Shown one piece after another: positions 48,148 through 56,243 of a DNA stretch of 64,000 nucleotides. The stretch spans positions 64,001 to 128,000 of the forward strand of contig JAZDNF010000001.1 of NCBI GenBank assembly GCA_043800255.1, written 5' to 3'. Numbering within the stretch: position 1 is the first letter of the stretch; each line of letters starts with the position of its first letter. Origin of the DNA: Candidatus Altiarchaeota archaeon (GTDB taxonomy: Archaea > Altiarchaeota > Altiarchaeia > IMC4 > SCGC-AAA252-I15). The notes under the pieces were generated by a model. That model was not told where the DNA came from and did not search any database. It worked only from the letters and a program-made list of their open reading frames with translations. Position numbers and translations under genes: made by a program.

Positions 48148-48699
48148 ATGCCAGAGGTCACTGACTTTTTCGAGGGGGACAAGCCTAATCCCTACCAGAA
48201 GTATTCTGAAAAGTATGGTGCAATACGCATAAATCTGGTGAAGCTCATACTCGGGTTCCTCCTGGCTCTTGGCGTGACGGTGACCCTCGTCGGCCTGTTG
48301 TCCTTTCTCAAGACATGGGAGCTCATCCTTAACATATTCGGAGTGCCTGTCAGCCTCCTGAACCTGAAAAGCGGCGGCAATCTGCTCAAAACAGCCGTCG
48401 AATCGTTCGGCTCTCTCGTAATCGGCTACATCACAGTCAACCTGTCATGGTCTGTTCTCAAGGCTGAGATGTCGTCTGTCAAAGCTGAGGAGGTTCCAAG
48501 CATCTGGGAGCATCTATCCCGCATAGTTGTCATAATCATAGTGGCGTTAGGCGTTGAAGCGTTCAGCATCCTCGCTGATGTTGAGGGCTCCGACGCCGGC
48601 CTGACGTGGGAATTCGGCGCCGCTGTTCTGGGCATAGCAGCGCTTCTCGCAGCTCTCGGTTACTACATAAAATCCCTGAAAAAATCCCAAACAGAGTGA
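48148..48699 (+). CDS. Hypothetical 4-TM membrane protein
   Basis: Four hydrophobic segments; host-like codon pattern. Confidence 0.65.
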   Translation: MPEVTDFFEGDKPNPYQKYSEKYGAIRINLVKLILGFLLALGVTVTLVGLLSFLKTWELILNIFGVPVSLLNLKSGGNLLKTAVESFGSLVIGYITVNLSWSVLKAEMSSVKAEEVPSIWEHLSRIVVIIIVALGVEAFSILADVEGSDAGLTWEFGAAVLGIAALLAALGYYIKSLKKSQTE

Positions 48700-48714
48700 C
48701 TCTAGAATAAGCGT

Positions 48715-49686
48715 CTAATCCCTGCTGATGCCCTTCTTCTCCAGAGTGTCTCTGACAGGCTTCAGGACATCTATCAGTGAGGAGGCGACCGCGTTCTTCA
48801 GGTCCATCGGGTGAAGTCTTTTATCAAGGTAATCCCTCTCGACTTCTTCGTACTTGTCATATGAGACGTCGCCTCCGAACTTCTCAGGCCTGCTCACTCC
48901 AAATTTGCCGGTTCTGGGCATTACCACCAGCCTGCAGATGTCCAGAATCGGGTTCACGCCCTCCTCTATCGGACAGTAGGCGCCCTTTATCTTGTTTGTT
49001 ATCTCCTCCGGAGTGTCGTCCACTGCTATCATCGTCTCAGGCTTGCTTGATGACATCTTCGTCTCAGGGCCCTTTATCGAGCATATGAGCGGCGTGTGAA
49101 TGCAGATCGGCTTTCCGAACCCTATGTCAGGCAGTATCTCCCTGGCTAGCATGTGTATCTTCCTCTGCTCCATCCCGCCGTATGCTATGTCGGCGTCCAA
49201 TGCCCTGATGTCCGCAATCTGCATCAGAGGGTAGATGACCTGCGACACTCTCGCATTCTCTATGTCCCTAGCTATCTCCTGCATGCTCCTCAACGCCCTG
49301 TTCAATGTCGAATTCAAACCCAGTTCGAGGACGCTCTTGAAGTATCCTCCATCAAGCTGGAAGTCGCTGCCTCTGACGTATTCTGCATTCTTCAGGCCGA
49401 GGGCCTCGAAACAAGCCTTCCAGTATTCCGCCATCTTCTCAATCCACTCTAATTCGCCTTTCATGTTCAACAGCGTGTGCAAGTCTGCGAGCAGAACCTT
49501 GACCTTAAGCCCAGCGTTGAGGAAGTCCAGCTGCTTGTTTATTGTCACCATGGTGCCGATGTGCACAGGCCCCGATACCTCATATCCGCAGTATGCGACA
49601 GGGCTCTTCTTCTGTTCGATCAGATTATTCAGCTCCTCATCTGTCACTATCTCAGCAGTGTTCCGCTTCAGAAGGTCCAGGTTCAT
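48715..49686 (-). CDS. tyrS: Tyrosine--tRNA ligase (archaeal)
   Basis: YCGYEVSGPVHIG, LADLH, YPLMQIAD, GGMEQRKIH, KMSSS, LHPMDLK. Confidence 0.97.
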   Translation of the reverse strand: MNLDLLKRNTAEIVTDEELNNLIEQKKSPVAYCGYEVSGPVHIGTMVTINKQLDFLNAGLKVKVLLADLHTLLNMKGELEWIEKMAEYWKACFEALGLKNAEYVRGSDFQLDGGYFKSVLELGLNSTLNRALRSMQEIARDIENARVSQVIYPLMQIADIRALDADIAYGGMEQRKIHMLAREILPDIGFGKPICIHTPLICSIKGPETKMSSSKPETMIAVDDTPEEITNKIKGAYCPIEEGVNPILDICRLVVMPRTGKFGVSRPEKFGGDVSYDKYEEVERDYLDKRLHPMDLKNAVASSLIDVLKPVRDTLEKKGISRD

Positions 49687-49690
49687 GGCA

Positions 49691-49933
49691 TTATTTTAGC
49701 GATTCGAGGTCGCTTATTATGTCCCAGAGCAGCGTCTTGGCGTGCATCGGAATGTTCACGTCGTTTGCGATGTCATCCAACTCGTATATGGCCGAAGTCA
49801 CTCTAATAGCAAGCTCCGGCTTTTCGGCCGTTAATTCTTCCTTGACTTTGGAGAGCGCCTCCTTAACCCTTTTTGGGATTCCCTTGCTGTTCAGGGTCTC
49901 GTCAATGCCGCTGATAGCATCCTCTAGGTCCAT
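49691..49933 (-). CDS. UPF0147 family protein
   Basis: IPKRVK..AIYELDDIANDVNIPMHAKTLLWDIISDLE. Confidence 0.85.
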   Translation of the reverse strand: MDLEDAISGIDETLNSKGIPKRVKEALSKVKEELTAEKPELAIRVTSAIYELDDIANDVNIPMHAKTLLWDIISDLESLK

Positions 49934-49989
49934 CTTAGAATGTTGTGAAACTATAATTATTCGTGTTATTATTAAAATAAATGTTGGGA

Positions 49990-50505
49990 TTAGTCGATTA
50001 ATGAGTCTATGTAGTTGCCAAGCTCTCTCGTCCTCCTGATCTGCGGGTGGTCTGGGCCTAACTTTTTCATCATATCCTCCAGAGTCTCCTCCAGCGTAAT
50101 CACTTTGGAACAGTCAACTAGGTTGTCTGCGTGCGCTATCACCTTCTCTTCCAAAGTCTCTGGCATATAGTCCTTCGCCGGGAGCCCTAACCTCAGGGCC
50201 TCTTCTGCCTTCAGTCCGGCCCCGATATGCCTCTCGCAGACTCTCGCATACTTCGGATAGTCTTTCAGGATGTCGGCTCCAGCAATCCCGTGGTCTATTC
50301 CGTGTGTCCTGCTCCTGCCTATGTCATGCAGGAGCCCCGCGACTTTCACGAATTCCGTGTCTATGCTGGTGCCGTTGGCTTCTATCCTCTTGGCGATGTC
50401 ATGGGCTAACTCTGAGACAGCCGTGCAGTGTTCTAACACTTGCTTGTCGCATCCGTTGTCCCTCAGAAGAATCCGGGCTTTTCTATAGTCCAGCGTCCCG
50501 CCCAT
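49990..50505 (-). CDS. HD-domain protein (TIGR00295-like)
   Basis: EHC..V, LLHDIGRSRTHGIDH, ERHIGAG, EEKVIAHADNL; adjacent to tfe. Confidence 0.88.
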   Translation of the reverse strand: MGGTLDYRKARILLRDNGCDKQVLEHCTAVSELAHDIAKRIEANGTSIDTEFVKVAGLLHDIGRSRTHGIDHGIAGADILKDYPKYARVCERHIGAGLKAEEALRLGLPAKDYMPETLEEKVIAHADNLVDCSKVITLEETLEDMMKKLGPDHPQIRRTRELGNYIDSLID

Positions 50506-50506
50506 A

Positions 50507-51001
50507 TCAGGCTTCCTCTAACCTGCTGCTTATGTCGGCAATCTCTCTTACGATTTTGTCTATCCTGCTCTTGCTCTTGGACTGCGTGAAGTTTTCGCCG
50601 CAGTTCTGGCACACGAAGTTCGTGTCCATCGCAATCTCAAACGGCACCTGACCGCATGCGCAGTCGAATATCATGGCCTGCTTTTCCAATTCCAGCTGGT
50701 CGTTCAGAATCTTGAGCTTATCGTTCATTATCCCCCTGATGTAATCGTCTATCTTGTCGTCACGCCTCTTCCAGAGGTAAGTGTACCATCCAGTCTTCTT
50801 GTTCTTCGACCTCGCATACTCCACAAGGCTCTTCTCATGCAGTTCGTTCAGGAGGGTTCTAACGACTGTGGCCTTGACCTTCAGTGAAGTGGCGATATCC
50901 TCGTCATAACTGGGCTTTTTCAGCCTTTTTATTATGCTAACGTGGTTTTCGCTCAGGTTTTCAGTTAGAATTTCTCTGATAACGTCGTTCTTCAACCCCA
51001 T
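50507..51001 (-). CDS. tfe: Transcription factor E alpha
   Basis: DEDIA..VRTLLNEL..TGWYTYLW; zinc ribbon CAC..F..AM..NFVCQNCG. Confidence 0.9.
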   Translation of the reverse strand: MGLKNDVIREILTENLSENHVSIIKRLKKPSYDEDIATSLKVKATVVRTLLNELHEKSLVEYARSKNKKTGWYTYLWKRRDDKIDDYIRGIMNDKLKILNDQLELEKQAMIFDCACGQVPFEIAMDTNFVCQNCGENFTQSKSKSRIDKIVREIADISSRLEEA

Positions 51002-51051
51002 GTTGTATTAAAACGCAATACTAGCTTAAATACCCCTCTCCCCTTTCCAGT

Positions 51052-51759
51052 TCAGATTAGCATCGGGCAGCCGGTCTGCGGGTCCGGCTCTCCTGATGCA
51101 TACGCGTTCGGGTTCCAGCTCACATTCATCTTGGCATCAAAGAGCTGGGCGCCAAGCGGGATAACGAGATATGCCACCTTCTCGTCGTATGTGTTGTTCA
51201 ATTCTATGATTTGTCTCTGAGCTGGTGTCCCGCCGTACTCGAGTTCCTGTATGGAACCTGTCAGATTCTGGACTAGAACTGCTCTGGCAGCCCAGCCGCT
51301 TACTGGCCTATCATCCTCGAACCCCGATATGAAGCGGACTGCTCTGGTCTTGTCCTTTGCTTCCCCTGAATCAGGCCTTTTCGAGTCTGGGTCAAGCTCT
51401 GAGCTATAAACCCTGTCACCTCCAATCTCAAGCGTGTAACCTGCACTTGGGGGGAGTATCGCGTCAAGCTCTCTTTTCGTAATGTTCGTAGCTTCCTTGT
51501 AGTATCCTTCACCCTGCTGTAGCTCGGTCGTGCTTGAAAAATTCCCTTCAGCCCATAGTCTGCCTATCTTTTCCAGAACGCCTCTCTTGCTCAGGACTTC
51601 GATAGCGTCTTCTGATTTTAAATGGGCTTGTCCGAATCCCACACCTTTGCTCTCAATGTTCCCGCTCATCCCAGGAAGAAAAAGAAAACTGACGAAAACA
51701 AGTAATACGAGAGTAACGGCTATCATCACGTCCCACGTCAGAACGAATCCCTTTCGCAT
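51052..51759 (-). CDS. Class III signal peptide (type IV pilin-like) protein
   Basis: MRKG/FVLTWD followed by hydrophobic VMIAVTLVLLVFVSFLFL. Confidence 0.6.
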   Translation of the reverse strand: MRKGFVLTWDVMIAVTLVLLVFVSFLFLPGMSGNIESKGVGFGQAHLKSEDAIEVLSKRGVLEKIGRLWAEGNFSSTTELQQGEGYYKEATNITKRELDAILPPSAGYTLEIGGDRVYSSELDPDSKRPDSGEAKDKTRAVRFISGFEDDRPVSGWAARAVLVQNLTGSIQELEYGGTPAQRQIIELNNTYDEKVAYLVIPLGAQLFDAKMNVSWNPNAYASGEPDPQTGCPMLI

Positions 51760-51780
51760 GTTAATATATTCTATTATGTT

Positions 51781-53235
51781 TTATAAGTTGCTGGCCCAGC
51801 CGTATAACATGCTTACAAGAGGGTAAAGGTTTATCACGAATATGAGGAGAGTCAGCGCCAGTATCGTGTATGCAAGCCTTTTTATGCTAACCTCGCTTAC
51901 GTTTAACGCCATTATGGCTTCTTTCAGCATTCTGCCGCCGTCAAACGGTGATATGGGCAGCAGGTTCACAAGACCTATGTTGACGTTGAAGAATGTTATC
52001 CAGCTCATGGCCGCCAGGATGACGAAAATCGCGGGGATAGTGCTCTGGAACCTGTGATGCGGATCGCCCTTCCATACCAGCTGCTGCATCATAACCACCC
52101 CAATATACGCTGTGCTATTGTCGTTCGGCGATGTCACGGTTTTGATGTCGTATTCTCCCCTTCCCGTGCTTACTTTTATCGTGTCCCCAACCTGGGACTG
52201 ACCCATCGTGCTCTTGAATGCTTCAAGAGTCGGCGTGCTTATGTTGTTTATACCACTGATAACGTCACCCTCCACCAATATCCTCTCAGCCGGGTATCCG
52301 CTGTCTAAACCTATGATCCTGACTCCGTCCTCCAGGAGATATGCGCTGGTGAGTGCCATAGTAGCCAAGACAACTATCAATGCCAGCGCCCCAACAGCGA
52401 AGTTTGCGAATGAACCTACCGCATAGAGCCTCATCCTCTCGATGCTCGGCCTTGACTCCACCTCCTTGTCGTCCGGTTCGACGAAGGCTCCTATGGGGAG
52501 AACTCCGAAAGTCAGAAGGCCTGTTGATTTCACCTTCATCTTATGGACTCTTGCGAGTATGCCGTGAGCAAGCTCATGCGAGACGAGGGTGACTATAATC
52601 GCTATCAGCGCATACCCCCCTGGGACGAAGATATCGTAGCCTGGGAATGTGACCCCGATTCTGCCATCCTTCGAAGTCGGGAGCAGCGGCGATATTCCCG
52701 GCATGTCAGAGTTCTTGAGAACTATGTTGAAAGCATTATAGGCCAGAGCGTAAACAAGTATCACCGGCAGGCCGACCAGAGACTCCAACAGGGCAATCAA
52801 TTTCGACTCTAGAATCTGCGAGGCCAGGGAGTAGATTACCAGAACAGTTATGAGGAAATCAAGCCTCTGATCATCCTGTTTGTAACCCCCTCCTAATACG
52901 GCAATCAGCAGGGCGAGTGCTGCAATTATTATGACTACCCCCTGATTCAACATAATAGCGGACACGCCCCCGAAAACAAGGAGGCTGAGGTAGAGGTTCT
53001 TCCTGCTGTCATTTTTCGAAAGGTAGGCTCCGCCAAGCCCGGAAAATGACAGAACCACAGAAAAGTCGGCGACGAATTTCCAGAATCTCGGGCTGATTTT
53101 CGCAATCCTGTCGATAAGATTGAGGCCGTATTCTGTCCGTACCAGAAACACTATGAAAAACCTCTGATATCCTTTCCTAAGCAGATAGACCGTTCCGACA
53201 AAGAACACGACCAACGCCGCCAGCATCTGATTCAT
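51781..53235 (-). CDS. Site-2 protease (M50) with PDZ domain
   Basis: HELAHG, GAFVEPD, GSFANF, NLLPISPFDGG. Confidence 0.92.
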   Translation of the reverse strand: MNQMLAALVVFFVGTVYLLRKGYQRFFIVFLVRTEYGLNLIDRIAKISPRFWKFVADFSVVLSFSGLGGAYLSKNDSRKNLYLSLLVFGGVSAIMLNQGVVIIIAALALLIAVLGGGYKQDDQRLDFLITVLVIYSLASQILESKLIALLESLVGLPVILVYALAYNAFNIVLKNSDMPGISPLLPTSKDGRIGVTFPGYDIFVPGGYALIAIIVTLVSHELAHGILARVHKMKVKSTGLLTFGVLPIGAFVEPDDKEVESRPSIERMRLYAVGSFANFAVGALALIVVLATMALTSAYLLEDGVRIIGLDSGYPAERILVEGDVISGINNISTPTLEAFKSTMGQSQVGDTIKVSTGRGEYDIKTVTSPNDNSTAYIGVVMMQQLVWKGDPHHRFQSTIPAIFVILAAMSWITFFNVNIGLVNLLPISPFDGGRMLKEAIMALNVSEVSIKRLAYTILALTLLIFVINLYPLVSMLYGWASNL

Positions 53236-53721
53236 CTACTCTTCCTCACCTTTTCTGACCACGACAACATCGCCCAAGGTGAGGTCCACAGCGTCCTTGC
53301 CGGTCTGCTTCACCTGAAAGTCCTCGCGTTTCTTGTAAATCCTGACATTAAGCCTCTTCTCCAGCTTGCGACCAACGATGGGGCTGGGCTCTATCCTCCT
53401 AGACTCTATCCTATGTATGAGCGACGACGGCTCGTTTATCATCTTCGCAAGCTCCTCCTGCTTCAAGCCCCTGCCCTCCCGAGCCTTCCTGATGATGCTG
53501 TCATAGTCCTCCTTCAGCTCGTTCTCATCCTCTGCGTCGAACTCTCCAACAGCATGCTCGACCTTCTCAACAGGTTTGGCCTTCTTCTTCGGCTGCTCTC
53601 CCTCAGCCTTCCCCAAAATTTTCCCGTAGGATGAGCACTCATCGCAAGCAGTCACTATCGAACCCTCCAACCTAACCCTGTTAGCGGCCAACACAATCCT
53701 GCCGCAGATTTCACACTGCAT
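53236..53721 (-). CDS. mbf1: Archaeal multiprotein bridging factor aMBF1
   Basis: CEICG..C..C zinc ribbon; IRKARE.RGLKQEELA..IE HTH; TLGD. Confidence 0.92.
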   Translation of the reverse strand: MQCEICGRIVLAANRVRLEGSIVTACDECSSYGKILGKAEGEQPKKKAKPVEKVEHAVGEFDAEDENELKEDYDSIIRKAREGRGLKQEELAKMINEPSSLIHRIESRRIEPSPIVGRKLEKRLNVRIYKKREDFQVKQTGKDAVDLTLGDVVVVRKGEEE

Positions 53722-53726
53722 AAACC

Positions 53727-53882
53727 TTTTCTTTCTTAGGAAGAAAGAAAACGTTTACGAAAAGAAAGAATTTCAAGTTTTCCACTCTCCTAAGATACCT
53801 CATTTTTTTGTTAAGAGCAACTAAGCGAGCGTTAGCGAGCGCACGCTGCTCCTTTTTGATCAAATTTTTTCTAAAAGTTTGA
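53727..53882. repeat. Palindrome-rich element in the tRNA 3' flank
   Basis: TTTTCTTTCTT-AGG-AAGAAAGAAAA inverted repeat; AGCGAGCG twice within a GAGCA..TGCTC stem; TTTTTGATCAAATTTTTTCTAAAAGTTTG abutting the tRNA. Confidence 0.45.
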
Positions 53883-53883
53883 G

Positions 53884-54049
53884 TGGGGTCGGGGGGATTT
53901 GAACCCCCATCGGCGGGTCACCTCAATATTAAGGCATCAGACCGTTCGGTCTTTTCCTCTGACCCTAGTTTTCGTCACAGCCTTTACGGCTCAGCGCTCC
54001 AAATTGTTTTTCTGGAGCCCGCTAGGATGCCGAGTTACCCCACGACCCC
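53884..54049 (-). tRNA. tRNA-Trp(CCA) with a 93-nt intron at 37/38 (53919-54011)
   Basis: Acceptor GGGGTCG/CGACCCC-A, anticodon arm GCGGG-CTCCAG^A-CCCGC, T-arm GGGGG-TTCAAAT-CCCCC. Confidence 0.93.
53919..54011 (-). ncRNA. Intron-encoded box C/D guide RNA (predicted Cm34 of tRNA-Trp)
   Basis: Guide TTTGGAGC-G-CTGA is complementary to GCTCCAGA and the fifth nt before the box pairs with C34; C'-like GTGACGA at 53978-53972; second CTGA at 53940-53937. Confidence 0.75.
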
Positions 54050-54074
54050 GTGGGAAATATATTATAGTTTATCG

Positions 54075-54989
54075 CTAAAAAATGTGGTCGAATGCGACTA
54101 TGTCCCTGAATTCCGCGTATCTTTTTTCGATGTCCTCCTGTGTGACAGTTCTCATCCGGTCTATGCTGAAGTCCTCGACGACGTATGATGCTATCACGCT
54201 CCCACATACCATCGACTTTTTTATCCATTTGTCGTCTAAAATGCCGTGTTTTGCCAGGTGGCCTACTGTTCCGCCTGCGAACGAGTCTCCAGCCCCTGTT
54301 GGGTCTTTTAGGTTCTCAAGCGGGTAGGCTGGCGCTGAGAAGAAGCTGTCCTTTGAAAAGTAGAGGGCCCCATGCTCTCCCTTCTTTATTATCAGCCTGT
54401 CGATGCCCATCTTCAGGAAACTTCGGCCGCATCTTATCAGGTTAGGCTCGTCCCAGTACATCCTAGCCTCTCCCTCGTTGATGATTGCCATGTCAACCTT
54501 CTTGAGGACCTTCTCAAGCTGCTTCTTCTTGTGTTCTATCCAGAAGTTCATGGTGTCGCAGAAGCTGTACTGCGGCTTTATCTCCTCGAGCGTTTCGAGT
54601 TGAAGTTCAGGGTCTGTGTTCGCTAGGAACAGGAACTTGCAGCTCTTGTACTCTTTGGGAATCTTAGGCTTGAAGGTCTCCAGCACGTTCAGCTCAGTCC
54701 TCAGCGTGTGGGCTTCGTTCATGTCATACTCGTAGTATCCTTCCCACCTGAAGGTCTCGCCGTCTGACCTCTCAACGCCTCTGACGTCAATCCCCTTGGA
54801 TTCAAGGAACCGTATGTGTTCCCCTGGGAAGTCCTTCCCGACAACCCCTATTATCCCGCATCTTGTGAAAAAGTTGGACGCCAGCGAGAAGTAGACTGCG
54901 CTCCCCCCTAGTATGTTCTCCTTCCTGCCGAATGGCGTCTTGATGGTGTCCAACGCGATGGTGCCCATAGCCACAAGCTCGGGTTTCAT
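54075..54989 (-). CDS. PfkB-family carbohydrate/nucleoside kinase
   Basis: GGSAVY, GVVGKDF, DTMNFWI, KKGEHGA, DPTGAGDSFAGG. Confidence 0.92.
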   Translation of the reverse strand: MKPELVAMGTIALDTIKTPFGRKENILGGSAVYFSLASNFFTRCGIIGVVGKDFPGEHIRFLESKGIDVRGVERSDGETFRWEGYYEYDMNEAHTLRTELNVLETFKPKIPKEYKSCKFLFLANTDPELQLETLEEIKPQYSFCDTMNFWIEHKKKQLEKVLKKVDMAIINEGEARMYWDEPNLIRCGRSFLKMGIDRLIIKKGEHGALYFSKDSFFSAPAYPLENLKDPTGAGDSFAGGTVGHLAKHGILDDKWIKKSMVCGSVIASYVVEDFSIDRMRTVTQEDIEKRYAEFRDIVAFDHIF

Positions 54990-55534
54990 CTGAGCCACCT
55001 CACTATTTTCGGCCTTCTGTCAGGCTTATCTTTCGCCTCGTCAGGGTATCCGAATATTAATGGCGCTATTATCTCATGGCCTTTCGGGACTTCCAATTCC
55101 CTGAGAACATCCTTGTCATTGTTCAAACTGGTTGCGAATCCTATATAACAGGAGCCCAAGCCCATCGAGTGGGCTGCTAGGAACATGGTTTGGGCGAGGA
55201 TTCCGCAGTCTATCTTCGCCCACTTATACTCCTTTTCTGCAGTAACTATTATGAGGAGCGGCGCACCGTAGAATATCGTGTCCTCCTTTGACTGTATCTT
55301 CTCTCTTGCCTGGATGGCGTAGCCAAGCAGACCCAAGTTCTTCTTCACAGCCTTCGAGAGATCGGAAATCTTCTTCTTGTCCTCTATTATGATAAAATTC
55401 CCCGGCTGCCTGTTGACCGCTGATGGAGCCATAACCGCGGCATCAAGCAGCTTTTCTATAATCTCTTTAGGCACCTGCTTGCTCTTGTATTTTCTGATGC
55501 TTCTTCTGCCGTTGATAGCGTCGAGAACTTCCAT
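54986..55534 (-). CDS. Nitroreductase family protein
   Basis: RRSIRKY, APSAVNRQP, AHSMGLGSCYIG, FGYP. Confidence 0.92.
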   Translation of the reverse strand: MEVLDAINGRRSIRKYKSKQVPKEIIEKLLDAAVMAPSAVNRQPGNFIIIEDKKKISDLSKAVKKNLGLLGYAIQAREKIQSKEDTIFYGAPLLIIVTAEKEYKWAKIDCGILAQTMFLAAHSMGLGSCYIGFATSLNNDKDVLRELEVPKGHEIIAPLIFGYPDEAKDKPDRRPKIVRWLR

Positions 55535-55537
55535 AGA

Positions 55538-56050
55538 CTAGAGTTTCATCCTGTCGACCAAGTAATATGTTACGTCGCCCTCCTCGTCGACTATCGCGTA
55601 TATCATGTCCTTGTTAACGTTTTTAGCAAGCCTGAGGGCACGGGCCATCTCAGGGAAGCTGCACGTGTACTCTTCTGGGACAACGTGCACCAAGTGTTTG
55701 GAATGGCCTTTGCCGAGCACCTCCCCCCTGTCATAGATTCTGAAGTCTGTGCCGAACTTCAGCCCAGTTCTCACCAGCAGGCCTCTCTCCCGCAGGTCCT
55801 TATAGACTATGTACTTGTTGTAAAATTCCTCCTCAACCTTGGAGCCTAACTTCAGCAGCTCGTCGAAGGTCAGCTTTTTATCGCCTTTCATCACATCCAG
55901 CTTCCCGTCTTCCGTCAGGAAGACAGCCTCTATGGTGGAGAGCATCAGCCGCTTCCCCTCCATCTCGCCGAAGCCCTTATCCTTAAGCTGGCTTTTAGTC
56001 TCACCATCTCCCACAACAACCTTCGTCCCAGATAAAATTCCGACGCCCAT
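55538..56050 (-). CDS. endA: tRNA-splicing endonuclease (single-unit catalytic subunit)
   Basis: VYKDLRERG, GLKFGTDFRIY, GHS, VNK (Y/H/K triad), VDEEGDVTYY. Confidence 0.93.
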   Translation of the reverse strand: MGVGILSGTKVVVGDGETKSQLKDKGFGEMEGKRLMLSTIEAVFLTEDGKLDVMKGDKKLTFDELLKLGSKVEEEFYNKYIVYKDLRERGLLVRTGLKFGTDFRIYDRGEVLGKGHSKHLVHVVPEEYTCSFPEMARALRLAKNVNKDMIYAIVDEEGDVTYYLVDRMKL

Positions 56051-56082
56051 CGTGTTTACTATTTTAGCATAGTATCTTTAAA

Positions 56083-56195
56083 ACGCTCTATTCCACCGGT
56101 CTCTGACGGGTGGTTTGGCCGGTGGAATAGGCGTGTAAGAACCACCAGTTCATTTCATAAGATGCCACCGGTCTCTGACCGGTGGTTCTTCACGC
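56083..56195. mobile_element. Non-autonomous IS200/IS605-like palindromic element (PATE/REP-like)
   Basis: CCACCGGTCTCTGAC(G/C)GGTGGTT at 56093-56115 and 56165-56187; each copy is a hairpin; the second is followed by CTTCAC. Confidence 0.55.
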
Positions 56196-56243
56196 AACCG
56201 GCGTATAGCCATTTTTCTATCTGTACTTTGCTATAGTAAACTG

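Noticed and set aside
53930-53995. Hammerhead ribozyme in the tRNA intron (CTGA..GAAA)
   Set aside because: No CUGANGA core with correctly placed stems; the C/D-box reading explains the motifs
53883-54228. ORFs 53883-54188 (+) and 54022-54228 (-)
   Set aside because: Shadow ORFs overlapping tRNA-Trp and pfkB
56083-56195. CRISPR mini-array
   Set aside because: Only two repeat copies, the intervening sequence base-pairs with the repeats, and there are no cas genes in the window
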